Below the pieces are notes generated by a model. That model made no database searches, had not been told where the DNA came from, and worked only from the letters and a program-made list of their open reading frames with translations. The position numbers and the translations under genes are program-made. A stretch of DNA of 64,000 bases from Octopus bimaculoides (lineage: Eukaryota), in NCBI RefSeq assembly GCF_001194135.2, contig NC_068988.1, forward strand, positions 81,341,658 to 81,405,657, written 5' to 3'. This document shows, one piece after another, positions 12,896 through 24,065 of this stretch (its first letter is position 1; every line of letters starts with the position of its first letter).

Positions 12896-14391
12896 TATGA
12901 GAATTGGCCGAAAAGTCCATAGGCTGACCAAAATACTCATGGAATGTGACCAAATGAGATTTATTTTTCAATAGAGTTCTCCTTGCAGTCATTAAACTTC
13001 ACATCACAGCACACATCGGTTTTTTCTGTGCTTGGATCCCATTGGTGAAGAAGCTTTCATCCTGTTCATCAAAATGGTCATCAACAGCAGATATGATATC
13101 ATAATCACTGAGATACTGGTTCCTAGCTAAGGGTTTTTTCATGTTGGGGAACAGATGATAGTCAGATGGAGTGAAATCGGGAGAAATAGGGACGGTGATC
13201 TTTTCTACTCTAGGCACAAGGCCCGAAATTTTGGGGGAGGGGGCCAGTCAATTAGATCGACCTCAGTATGCAACTGGTACTTAATTTATTGGCCCCGAAA
13301 GGATGAAAGGCAAAGTCAACTCTGGTGGCATTTCAACTCAGAATGTAATGATTGGTGAAATACCGCAAAGCATTTCGCCTGGTGTGCTAACGTTTCTGCC
13401 AGCTCACCACCTTATAAGGAGGTTGATCAACCAGTTCAAAGCCACAATCATGCACAGCAGCCATTGAAAACCAATGTCTTGTGTGCTGGAGCATTGTCCT
13501 GATGAAACAAGATCTCACCCATTAATTTTCATGGGTTTTTGGTCTTGATTACCTTTTGTAACTGCCTCAACAAGTTGGCATAGTACTCTTCATTGATGGT
13601 TTGGCCCTTTTGAATATAGTCAATGCACACAATGCCTTTTGCATCCCCAAAAATTGTGCAGCACCTTCTCTGCAGATGAAACAACCTTGCCCTTCTTTGG
13701 AGCAGGTGAGGAGGGCTATTTCAACTGCATGGATTGTCTCTTTGTCTCTGGTTCAAAGTAATGAACCCAACACTCATCCTGAGTTAGAAAACGTTCAAGG
13801 AAACCAGCTGAAACTGCCTGAAACAATGTCAGATTTTCCCATGATGTGATCAGTCAAGCGCACTTTTGATTAGATATGAGATGTGGCACCCACTGATCAG
13901 AAACCATCATCATGCCAAGTTCATTGAGCAGAATATTCTGAACTTTCTCAAGGGATATGCTACTAGCATTGGCTATTTGAATTATAGTCAATCGCTTGTC
14001 ATCCATCAGCATGTGATGAACACTATCAATGTTTTCCTCAGTTGCAGGACAATCAGACCGTGGGACATTTTCAAGACTCTCCCTTCCTCACCTTAAATTC
14101 AGCTGCCCAGTTTTGCCCTGTTTATAAAGCTGAAACATCATCCCAAAATGTAGCAACCATGTCAGCATGAATGTCCTTTAGGGATAAAACCAAAATGCCA
14201 AATTTTTTCCATTTTCAAAAGAAGCCACAGCAAATTACTTTTGAAATCTTTGAACAAATGTCAGTTTTCTTGGAAATAAACTATGTAGTTATTAATAAAA
14301 AGTAGTAAGAAGGGTTGAAATTAGTGCATACAAGATTTCACAGCATCACTTCTTCATAGTCAGCCTATGAACTTTTCAGCCCACCCTTGTA
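12896..14391 (-). mobile_element. Decayed full-length mariner (DD34D-type) with TIRs
   Basis: TIR cores gaaaagtccataggctgac / gtcagcctatgaacttttc flanked by TA; SPDFTPSDYHLFPNMKK motif; N-terminal KDIHADMV; interrupted by a SINE. Confidence 0.85.
13205..13413 (-). mobile_element. tRNA-headed SINE family 1 (variant tail) inserted in the mariner
   Basis: Reverse complement of ggtggtgagctggcagaaacgttagcac...ctttgcctttcatcctttcgggg. Confidence 0.8.
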
Positions 14392-14512
14392 GATGAAGCA
14401 GAAAAAATACATAAAGATTTTTCACTTTAAAAAGCTTGGCAGTGATACTGTTATTTTTATTTCAATAAGGTGGTCCACTAGTGCAACTCAACCATTGATG
14501 TTGATTGTTTTT

Positions 14513-14744
14513 TATTGGGTTGCCTGGAAAGTTCATGCCGATTTATAGTAGCTTACCTTTCAACTTAATTGCCGTGAAACCACCTCAATTCTGGGAAGAG
14601 GGTATTTTCAAGTTAAAGGAAAGATGGAGACACATTGTGCAACAAAATGGTTCATATTTGGTTAATTAAAAATGTAATGGCAAGTATTCATTGACCTTTT
14701 TCTTTCTTTCAAAAATTGGCACGAACTTTCCAGACAAGCCAATA
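14513..14744. mobile_element. Mariner-derived MITE
   Basis: TA-ttgggttgcctggaaagttcatgccgattt ... aaattggcacgaactttccagacaagccaa-TA. Confidence 0.75.
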
Positions 14745-14986
14745 GTTAAAGCTATGGCTTTGACTCTGCCCAGAGTTTTCTCTCTTCTGTATTTCCCATT
14801 GAAGAAGGCCAGAGACATGTCTTGGAATCCACTAGCGGGAAGCATGGGGCAGATATAGTGTTTTTACACCTTTTACCATAAGACAGTATTTTTTTCTCCA
14901 CAGTAAGTACAATGAATCTGCTTTTAAAATGTTACAACATATTTTAACTAACCTAAAGTCCATTTATACATACATACATACATACA

Positions 14987-15016
<30 letters not shown>

Positions 15017-15017
<1 letters not shown>

Positions 15018-15290
15018 CTCTTTGGAAATCCAAGAAAAAGAGGATATCTGTGGACAACTGCTTTGAAACCTCCAGCTTCTATATCAAGACTGCGAATTCA
15101 TATTCATATTCATATGAATAATAATTGGAGCATTAAGTTTTGTTAGTAAATGCTTAAAGGAGAATCTAGACACACTGGGATTATCAGAAAGAGAAATCGA
15201 CTGACTAATTCGTACATCACAAGTGCAATCTATGAGTGGAACAGTAAAAATATGCAAGAATTTTCTCAAGTTCCAAATGTAAATTTGTCT
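15017..15290 (+). pseudogene. C-terminus of a restriction-like-endonuclease (R4/NeSL-type) LINE ORF
   Basis: IIIGALSFVSKCLKENLDTLGLSEREID*LIRTSQVQSMSGTVKICKNFLKF resembles the IPIIIGALG...GT..I.R.FL terminus of RLE LINEs. Confidence 0.6.
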
Positions 15291-16052
15291 GTGTTAACTA
15301 CGTCCCAAAAATGTCCCTTTTCAGTGGAAGATTTATGATAATTAAAAAATAGAAGAGACACATACATACATACATACATATGTGTGTGTATCAGTATGTA
15401 TATATATATATATTAAAGATAAAAAGGGAAGACGGAATGTACCAACGTAAAATTTATATTACCACAACAATTGTTTCATCTTCAAGGTGCACTGCTCCCT
15501 TGAGGGTGTGGAACAATACTATAATACCAGATGCAATGCACAGTGCAGGTGGTATAGTAAGGTTTTAAATTGGGAGATTTACATTTCAGTTTCACTGTAT
15601 TGAGAGATTCTAACAGTTGGACTGATGCACAGACAAACAGATGCACACATTCTTACACTTAAATCAGTGAAAGGATATACAGACATACACATTAATAATT
15701 ATAATCATGGGCACATGCCAGCACACACCTCATGTATGCATGTCAGCCAATCACACACGCACACAGCTATACACACATACAGAAACATGTCTACAGACAC
15801 GGATACATCCCTCAGGGCACAAAGATTCACTCACCTAGACACATACTGAGATCACATCAACACTGCCACCATGGGACATATACACACACACATGCACACA
15901 GGTACACCCACAGACACACTCACACCCTCACACAATACTCACAGACTCCCACACACACACACACACACGCACACACCCACACCACAAGACATACAAATCC
16001 AAATGTACATTGACGCATGGCTGCAAGCAAGTACACTTATACACTCACACAT

Positions 16053-16425
16053 TTATTGTTGTTGGCACTCCGTCACTTACGACGTCGAGGGTTCCAGTTG
16101 ATCCGATCAACGGAACAACCTGCTCGTGAAATTAACGTGCAAGTGGCTGAGCACTCCACAGACACGTGTACCCTTAATGTAGTTCTCGGGGAGATTCAGC
16201 GTGACACAGACCCTTTTAATTACAGGCGCAACAGAAACAGGAAGTAAGAGTGAGAGAAAGTTGTGGTGGAAGAGTACAGCAGGGTTCGCCACCATCCCCT
16301 GCTGGAGCCTTGCGGAGCTTTAGGTGTTTTCGCTCAATAAACACTCACAACGCCTCGTCTGAGAATTGAAACTGCGATCCTATGACTGCGAGTCCACTGC
16401 CCTAACCACTGGGCCATTGCACCTC
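16053..16425 (-). mobile_element. tRNA-headed SINE family 2
   Basis: Head agaggtgcaatggcccagtggttagggcagtggactcgcag; same family as 24066-24453. Confidence 0.85.
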
Positions 16426-16527
16426 TACTACACACAATTATACACACAGGCTTATAGAAACATGTCGACTCTGCACATGCATGCACACAGAGATCGCATA
16501 CACTCACAAGACTACTCAGGCACACAT

Positions 16528-16758
16528 GGCGGCGAGCTGGCAGAAACGTTAGCACGCCGGGCGAAATGCTTAGCGGTATTTCGTCTGCCGCTACGTTCTG
16601 AGTTCAAATTCCGCCGAGGTCGACTTTGCCTTTCATCCTTTCGGGGCCGATTAAATAAGTACCAGTTACGCACTGGGGTCGGTATAATCGACTTAATCCG
16701 TTTGTCTGTCCTTGTTTGTCCCCTCTGTGTGTAGCCCCTTGTGGGTAGTAAAGAAATA
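16528..16758 (+). mobile_element. tRNA-headed SINE family 1, young copy
   Basis: ggcggcgagctggcagaaacgttagc...agtaaagaaata; target site duplication (TSD) gcacacat at 16520 and 16759. Confidence 0.9.
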
Positions 16759-16800
16759 GCACACATGCAGGCAACAGAACAATAAACAGTACATGGGCAA

Positions 16801-17043
16801 TTGAAAACTGACAGGATTAAATATGTGATTTCATGGTCAATTATAAAATATGCAATACCCTACAACATACTTTCTAGAACCTGTGGATTGTGCTCTGAAG
16901 AATCTCTATCAATCTTGCTTACTAGGGAAAAGGTCATTAATAAATTAACTGAATGGATTATACGTTGTTTATATACCATAAAAGTCACCTTCAAATATTA
17001 CCATCCTATAAACACAGCACCGGACCACCATAATTCACATTGA
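16801..17043 (+). pseudogene. Penelope-like element GIY-YIG endonuclease C-terminal fragment
   Basis: YVISWSIIKYAIPYNILSRTCGLCSEESLSILLTREKVINKLTEWIIRC resembles the PLE I.W.IL..A..Y...C.LCL.EK..I...LN...E...C motif; homologous to 57978-58274. Confidence 0.75.
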
Positions 17044-17571
17044 ACTGTGAACACCATGCCCATGTACTGTTGTTCATTGTTCTCTTGCCTGCATGTGTGT
17101 CTGAGTAGTCTCATGAGTGTGTGCAACCTGTGTGTGCATGTATGTGCATAGTCGACATGTTTCTATATGCCTGTGTATGCATAAATGTAGTAAGTGGAAG
17201 TCTCTGGTGTGTACTGATGTGTGCATGTGTATGAATGTGTGTATAATTGCGTGTGTGTATAAGTGCACTTGCCTGCAGACATGTGAAACTATGGGTGCCA
17301 ATGTCCATTTGGATTTGTATGTCTTGTGGTGTGAATGTGATGGAGTATGCATGCACATGTGTGTGTGTGTGTGTGGGGGTCAGTGAGTATTGTGTGAGGG
17401 TGTGAGGATATGAGTGTACCTATGTGAGTGTGTCTGTGGGTGTACCTGCGTGTGTGTGTGCGTGCATGTGTGTGTCTGCTCCATGGTGGCAGTGTTGATG
17501 TGATCTCTGTGTGTCTGGGTGGGTGAATCTTTGTGCCCTGAGGGATGTATCCATGTGTGTAGGTGTGTTTC

Positions 17572-17802
17572 TTATTTCTTTACTGCCCACAAGGGGCTAC
17601 ACAGAGGGGACAAACAAGGACAGACAAACAGTTTAAGTCAATTATATCGACCCCAGTGCATAACTGGTACGTATTTAATTGACCCTGAAAGGATGAAAGG
17701 CAAAGTTGACCTTGACAGAACTTGAACTCAGAATGTAGTGGCAGACAAAATACCGCTAAGCATTTCGCCCGGTGTGCTAATGTTTCTGCCAGCTCACTGC
17801 CT
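17572..17802 (-). mobile_element. tRNA-headed SINE family 1 with 18-bp TSD
   Basis: TSD tgtgtgtaggtgtgtttc at 17554-17571 and 17803-17820. Confidence 0.9.
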
Positions 17803-18263
17803 TGTGTGTAGGTGTGTTTCTGTATGTGTGTATAGATGTGTGCCTGTGTGATTGACTAACATAAGTACATGCGGTGTGTGCTGGTGTGTGCCCTCGTGTA
17901 TAATTGTTAATATGTGTGTCTGAATGTCTTTGCATTGATTTGAACATAAGAATGTGTGCTTCTGTTTCTGTGTGCATTTGTCTAATTGTTAAAATCTCTC
18001 AATACAGCAAAACTCAAACATAAATCTCCCAGCTTAAAACCTTATTATCCCACCTGAGGAGTCTTCTATGCACTGTACATTGCATCTAGTGTTCTTGTAT
18101 TGTTCCACACCCTCAAGGGAGCAGTGCATCTTGAAGAGGAGACAACTGTTGTGGTAATATAAATTTTTCGTTGGTACATTCCATCTTCTCTTTTTAACTT
18201 TAATATATACTCAGAGTCTATCCTGGAATTCCTGGAATTATTACAACGATGTTTGCTAAGTAT

Positions 18264-18306
18264 TGCTGATGATGCTTGGTAGCCATAAGTGGTAAACATG
18301 CTCTGT
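18264..18306 (+). ncRNA. Degenerate hammerhead-like motif
   Basis: CTGATGA-tgctt..aagtg-GTAAAC-ATGC-TC; extra T in the GAAA box and no clear stem I. Confidence 0.25.
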
Positions 18307-18363
18307 GGACACACAACCTGGTTTCGATATTGTGTTTAACACATTCTTAACCTTAATTATTTA

Positions 18364-18399
<36 letters not shown>

Positions 18400-18898
18400 C
18401 ATAAATATACATATATATATATATATATATANNNNNNNNNNNNNNNNNNNNNNNCATATATATATATATAAATGAAACATTCAAACACTGAGATTTGAAG
18501 TTAGATGTTACTACTGTTCATATCATCTGTGGATAAATTCTAAATTTGATGATATCACCAGCAGTGACATGGGCAGAACGCAGTTATAATAGCTTTAAAT
18601 AGTTATGAATTATAAATTTGCACGAAGCGTAATGATGCTTAACAAGCATCTACCTGCTAGAAATAAGAGCTAAGTCTTAGATTAATCCACCGTAGCGCAC
18701 CAATATAACAGAGAAAAACAGTATGTTAGGAAAACAGAAAGAATTAAAATATTTGACACCACAAATAAAAATATTATGCAATTAGGGATATCCACAAACC
18801 AGGTTTCGGCTTTTGGGTATTTATATATATAATAAAATGAGAAAACAGAGAGGCGATTAATAATTTATTATTTATTGAATAAAATATTGACAAACATT

Positions 18899-18975
18899 CC
18901 TTACAGCTGTTTCAATTCAAAACCTCAGAAAATTAATTAAATAAAAAATTATTTGAAAGTCGATCTCTTCAGAGG
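18899..18975 (-). ncRNA. Minimal type I hammerhead ribozyme
   Basis: cct-CTGAAGA-(52 nt, ttcaaa/tttgaa pairing)-GAAAC-AGCT-GTA-agg; intact core, palindromic ACAGCTGT, 3-bp stem I. Confidence 0.7.
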
Positions 18976-19030
18976 TAGGTAAAGATATACAAAATAGGTG
19001 TTCAATTTCTCCGTTAACAGTTTGCAGCCA

Positions 19031-19071
<41 letters not shown>

Positions 19072-19260
19072 GAGAGATCTTCATGGAATAGGGGAAGCAA
19101 CTTGATCTCCTGCTATCCAGAGTCCCACATGAACCTACACCATGGCAAAAACTCAAAAGAGGGCAGCAATATCAAACTTCCTGAAAAGGTGATAATACTA
19201 GCAGTGCCCCAGTATAGCCATGGCCTTTGGGTTGAAATGCATGAAAGAATAAAATATATA

Positions 19261-20118
19261 TACAGGGTGTAGTGAATATATTGTCATCTAAATTGTGTAG
19301 AAATGAAAATAACACTGACATCTCATTTTAACAGATATATTTACCAACATTACATAAAGATATCTTGAAATATCAAAGTGTAAATTCATTCAATAAAATC
19401 GCCATTGGCTTCAACCACGACCTCCAGATGACTTCGGAATCTCTTGCAACTCTTCTGGACAGTCTCCTTGTTTAAGTTGGTAAATGCTGCCATAATCATT
19501 GCCTTCAGTTCATCTTTGGTGTTACAAGGAGTTTTGTTGGTCTCTTGCTCAACAGTGCCCCACACATAATAATCAAGGGGGTTGCAGTCTGGGGAGTTAG
19601 GTGGCCAGATGTTAGGTGTGATGTGGTTGCAGAAATTGTCAGACAGCCATGACTGGGTTCTCCTGTTTATGTGGCCAGACATAGGGTCTTCCAGCAGCCA
19701 CTCTCTTGACCCAGGGCAGCACTACCACCTCCAGGTACTTGATGTAGGCCTGTGTTGAGTGTGAGGCTGTGTGAGAAGATGAATGGGGGCATAATATTGC
19801 TATCACTGGTGGTCACTCCAAACACTAGATGTTTGATTTTATCACTCTCAGTACATGTTCTTAGATTGCACTGTTCTCAGATTGATGCCGAAACACTCTG
19901 AAATGTTCATATTGGTACTTCCAGCATGACAGCCAAGAAGTACAGCATGTCATTTCCAAATTTCTGGCAGAGCGAATTGCTTCATGGTAGTGTTTTTCTC
20001 ACAGAAGCTGCCCAACTGACCCTACTATACTGTGTAGTCAGCAAAATCAAAAGCAAACATTGAGCATGTACGAAATTAAAAATTTGAAATGGCAACAATC
20101 TACCCATCACACCTTGTA
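19261..20118 (-). mobile_element. Internally deleted maT-like (DD37D) Tc1/mariner element
   Basis: TA-cagggtgt / acaccttg-TA ends; WPPNSPDCNPLDYYVWG. The second Asp is deleted in this copy, so the 37-residue spacing is inferred by restoring the usual QQDSAPC. Confidence 0.8.
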
Positions 20119-20120
20119 TG

Positions 20121-20152
<32 letters not shown>

Positions 20153-20174
20153 TGTATGTACGTATGTATGTATG

Positions 20175-20330
20175 TGTCCTGATATCGTCCCTTCTGACTA
20201 TCAGCTCGTTGGACTGCTCAGACATCCTTTCTGAGTTTGTCAATTTGCTTTGAATGAAGAAATACAGAAAGTTGGTGCATAAATGGGTGCACGACCAGCT
20301 CATTCTCAAACCAAGGAATAAAAAATGCAA
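20175..20330 (+). mobile_element. Mariner 3' fragment
   Basis: PDIVPSDYQL resembles the YSPDLAPSDYHLF motif; similar to 22620-23030 and 42730-43090. Confidence 0.6.
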
Positions 20331-21142
20331 CAGTGCTGGTTACATATATTAATAAACTAAAAATGTGGGATGAGGAATTTAGATTAGACTGGTCAGTCAT
20401 AACGATAACAACCCTGTATAGAATCTAAACTGGAAGGTGTAAGTTAAGTATAAAGGAAGCAATCAGTATACTTTGTACAGACAAGAAAATTTTAATTTAT
20501 AAAATCTCAGATGTTATAATTGTATGTAGGCATAAGTATTTAGTTACGTTTAAGTTTTTTAAAAAGTAGATAGGATAGAGTCTGATGTTATGAACATCGA
20601 CTTGCCTTAATAAAATAATTAGAAAATTTTCCACTTTGGTTAGATTTGATCAACTTTAAGTATAAGCGTAAAATTCTTAATGCTTTGACATCTTAGTGAT
20701 TCACGGGCTTAGAGTTGCATTCAAACTTATTAACATTCTATATATTTTGTAAGTTAGCTATCATTGTAAATTATAGATTACAAATATCTTGTGAATTTTT
20801 AGACTGCTAACATTCTGCATATATGGATTCAGCTTATTTCAAATTATTTTTAATTTCTTAATTATTTACTTATTAGCAATTCAACTGTTTTTTGAATGGT
20901 TAACTAAATTTGAGGCCCTCATTTTATTTTTACAAACACTTTTATTTTCATTCGCACAAATGTTTTACTTCACAACTTTTTTCACTTCAGAAAGTCTTTT
21001 TCTATATCCTTGCAAACTTTTTAAAAAATACTTTAACATTTAAAAAAAATCTAACACTACTCGATATGACCTCAGTTTCTGTAAGGACGAGATATTTTAA
21101 GCTTTCTCAAATTTTTAAACTATTTTAATCAATCTTTTTTTG

Positions 21143-21181
21143 TACCTCTGATGAGAGAAATGCAACTATTTGTATCAGGTG
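21143..21181 (+). ncRNA. Hammerhead-like motif lacking stem II
   Basis: tacct-CTGATGA-GA-GAAA-TGCAA-ctat-TTGTA-TC-aggtg: stems I and III pair; a 2-nt linker replaces stem II. Confidence 0.45.
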
Positions 21182-21358
21182 GAAAATTTGCTCAATACAA
21201 ACGCATTCCTCAAAATGATTGTAATGTTTTGAACTGCTGCTTTTCTTTGGATTGTAATATTGGATCACTTGAAACCTAATATCTCGATGAACTTTTTATG
21301 TATTTTGTATTCCCACGATAAAGGAACTTGACCTATGAAAATCTGTCATCTACTTTGA

Positions 21359-21360
<2 letters not shown>

Positions 21361-21414
<54 letters not shown>
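21361..21414. repeat. (TA)27 microsatellite between two convergent HHR-bearing ends
   Basis: Directly visible. Confidence 0.95.
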
Positions 21415-21418
<4 letters not shown>

Positions 21419-21496
21419 TGTTAAAGAGGACAACAAATGTTAAGGCCAGACAAACATCTCAAGTCATATACATTATTAATATTGGAAAAATTCAAA

Positions 21497-21552
21497 GTCT
21501 GACAGCTGTTTCTGGGATATCCCAAAGTATAGAATATTCTGTCATCAGAGAC
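21497..21552 (-). ncRNA. Minimal type I hammerhead ribozyme
   Basis: gtct-CTGATGA-cagaatattctatactttgggatatccca-GAAAC-AGCT-GTC-agac; all core nucleotides present, GUC site, 4-bp stem I. Confidence 0.8.
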
Positions 21553-21559
21553 AAATAGG

Positions 21560-22480
21560 GAAAATGTAAAAGGTATAGATTAGTGAAACAATGACATAGG
21601 GGACAGGAGAAAAGGAATAAAGAAATGAAGAAGAAAGAAGCTTAAGTGTTTACAGTTCAACTTTCTGATAGTGTAGACGTTGGTCAATAAATCCTTAAGT
21701 GAAATCTCATGTAAATCTATGTATGGTTATAACCTTAATAGTGTAAAATACTGTTAATATCCAGAGATAAACATGAACCTATCGAAGTTTTGTAAGAGAA
21801 TGGTAGCAGAAGTGGCTATTAAGGGAAAAAGAGAAAGAAAAATAAATAGAAAGAAAGGAAGGTGTTGGTAGTGAAGCAGGAAGTACAGAAATTGGAGGAG
21901 TAAAGCAAGGATCGGTATGGAGGATAAAATAAATTATATAAAAATATAATGTACAAAAACAAACAAGATAAATAAATATATAAGAGTAAGTAAGGAAAGA
22001 GGAAGAAGTAAAGGAAGATAATGTAAAAAACAAAATAGAGTAAGATGAAAGGGATTCAAAGAGAATAGTAGGTGCCAGTGCTATTCCTCTAGTTTGTAGG
22101 GGTTGGGGAGGAAATCTAGTAGTAAGTGTTTGTGTCTGTTTTATGGCTAAGTTCAGTGGCTGTAGAAATATTTTTAGCTATGGGGGTATGAGTGTGTAGG
22201 TAGTTGTGAATGGAGAAACCAAGTGAATGTTAAATTATTTAGGAATAAGAGTTACAGCTAAATATTAGGGGATTTAATAGGTTAAGGTTTAAAAATAAAT
22301 TAAAGAATTAACAGTTATCTTGTAAGGTACTAAAGTAGATAGAAGCGATATACAAGGATATGTATTAACGATCATGGAGGTATGTGTGTGAGTGTTATGT
22401 GTAGTGGGTAAGTTTACATTTGGACTTTTGGAAGAATTTAAAAGTGTGGAAAAATTTGTGTGAACTATGGGTTAAAATTT
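21560..22480 (-). mobile_element. Highly decayed PLE-like body upstream of the 21497 HHR
   Basis: Strand-biased AT-rich sequence; PYIDLHEISLKDLLTNVYTIR weakly resembles the YIGET..L..R..EH box. Confidence 0.35.
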
Positions 22481-22619
22481 TGACTTGTGGACTTTGCCTA
22501 AAAGAAGCCCCCCCCCCTGCTCTGGGAATTGAACTCAATACCTCATGATTGTGAGCTTAACACTCTAACCGCCTTCACTAATCACCTGTGTAGGCTACAG
22601 TGAAATGCTGGTCACAAAA

Positions 22620-23030
22620 GTGAAATCAGCAATTCACACCAAATGTTGAGGCCTATTGTGAAATCAAATGTTAAGTTTGCCTGACAATGCACACCCACAT
22701 ATGGCTGCCCACACTTTTGAAACTTTTGAAAGTTGGGTTTTGGGTTGGTGGAACACCCTGCATGGAGTCCTGGTATTGTCCCTTCTGACTATCAGCTCCT
22801 TGGACTGCTCAGACACTCTTTATGAGGTTGTCAATTTGATTCGAATGAAGAAGTGCAGAAAGTTGGTGCATAAATGGGTACATGACCAGCTGAAAATCTT
22901 CAATAGAATAAGCAAGTTTGTTGTCTGCTGGAAGAAGTGCATTGAAAAGCAAGGAGACTGTCGAAAAATGATGCAATTGTTCAACCCTTGCTTTTGTTTT
23001 AATAAATTACAGAAATTTCAGTATGTATAA
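22620..23030 (+). mobile_element. Mariner 3' fragment
   Basis: DNAHPHMAAHTFET and W..CIE..GD-like motifs; same family as 41990-43095. Confidence 0.7.
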
Positions 23031-23074
23031 TCTTCAACTTATATTCATGTGTGTGTGTGTGTGTGTGTGTGTAT

Positions 23075-23520
23075 AAAAACAAAGCAAAATATGGAACAAG
23101 AATGTAACAGGTGAAAACAAAACATTCAGACAGTTAGACGATTCAAAAAAGGACAGGAAAGAACAAGGAGCTTTCAATCATCAGTCAAGTACCAAATTGT
23201 CTTTGCAGTTTTGGCCGATTACTCTCAGCACTGCTCTAATCCAGCTGGTCCCAAGAAAATCTAAGCTAAGAGCACTAGATTCTTTGGAAGAAAGCAAGCG
23301 AATGTATACAAAAACATGGACGAAAAGCTGGAGAAATGATACACAATTACAAATACAAACAACAGGACATTAACAACAGGTGTCTTTCAACTAAGGATGA
23401 ATTAAATTAAGATGGCGTGTGTGGAAGTGAAGCCTTACAACAAGAACATAGAAGATGAAAGTCATGGGAAGGAATATAAGAGATGCTTCATTGATGGTAG
23501 TTGAACCAAGAAAGAAAGGT
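23075..23520 (-). mobile_element. Dispersed repeat family X, copy 1 (PLE terminal-repeat-like)
   Basis: Colinear with 23820-24045 and 32146-32460; contains CTGATGA-tt-GAAAGCTC. Confidence 0.6.
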
Positions 23521-23819
23521 CAGACTTGGCCAAACACCAGTCATGTGGAAGGAGAGGAGAGTATTGGGTAGAGGGATTGAAGAATTAGGAAGGGACAAGA
23601 AAGAGAGAAAAAGGAAAGAGACAGAGTGAGGGAAAGTGATGAGAATGAAGGGAAGGCCAAGAAATGTGAGAGAGGGTGGGAGCGAGAAAAAGAAAAGTGG
23701 AAGGAATGAAGAAAGTGAGAAGGGGGCTAAAGGAAAGAGTAAAAGAGTCGTACGGAATTTAGATATACATATATGTACTTATATACAGGAGACCAAAAGT
23801 GTACATATGCCACAATAGG

Positions 23820-24045
23820 TATATATAAAAAACAAAACAAAAAATGGAACAAGAACGTTACAGGTAACAACAGAACATTTGGACAGTTAGACGATACAAA
23901 AAAGGACAGGAGAAAACAAAGAGGGGTCATTCAGAGTTTTCAATCTTCAGTTGAGTACCAGATCATCTTTGTAGTTTCGACCGGTTACTCTCGAGACTAC
24001 TCTAATCTGGCCAGTCACAAAAAAATCTAAGCTAAGAGCACTACA
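23820..24045 (-). mobile_element. Repeat family X, copy 2
   Basis: ggacagttagacgat...aaaatctaagctaagagcac shared with copy 1. Confidence 0.65.
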
Positions 24046-24065
24046 TATATATTCTAGACTACCAT

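Larger units (their letters stand above)
15405..18209. repeat. Large fold-back: ~1.1-kb inverted arms (15405-16799 and 17057-18209) around a 257-bp spacer
   Basis: e.g. ggaatgtaccaacgtaaaatttatattaccacaaca at ~15434 mirrored at ~18143-18183; arms stay colinear once three SINE insertions are removed. Confidence 0.9.

Noticed and set aside
14760-14908. Exon-like segment with a pyrimidine tract and a gtaagt donor
   Set aside because: All three plus-strand frames contain a stop before the donor; no homology recognised.
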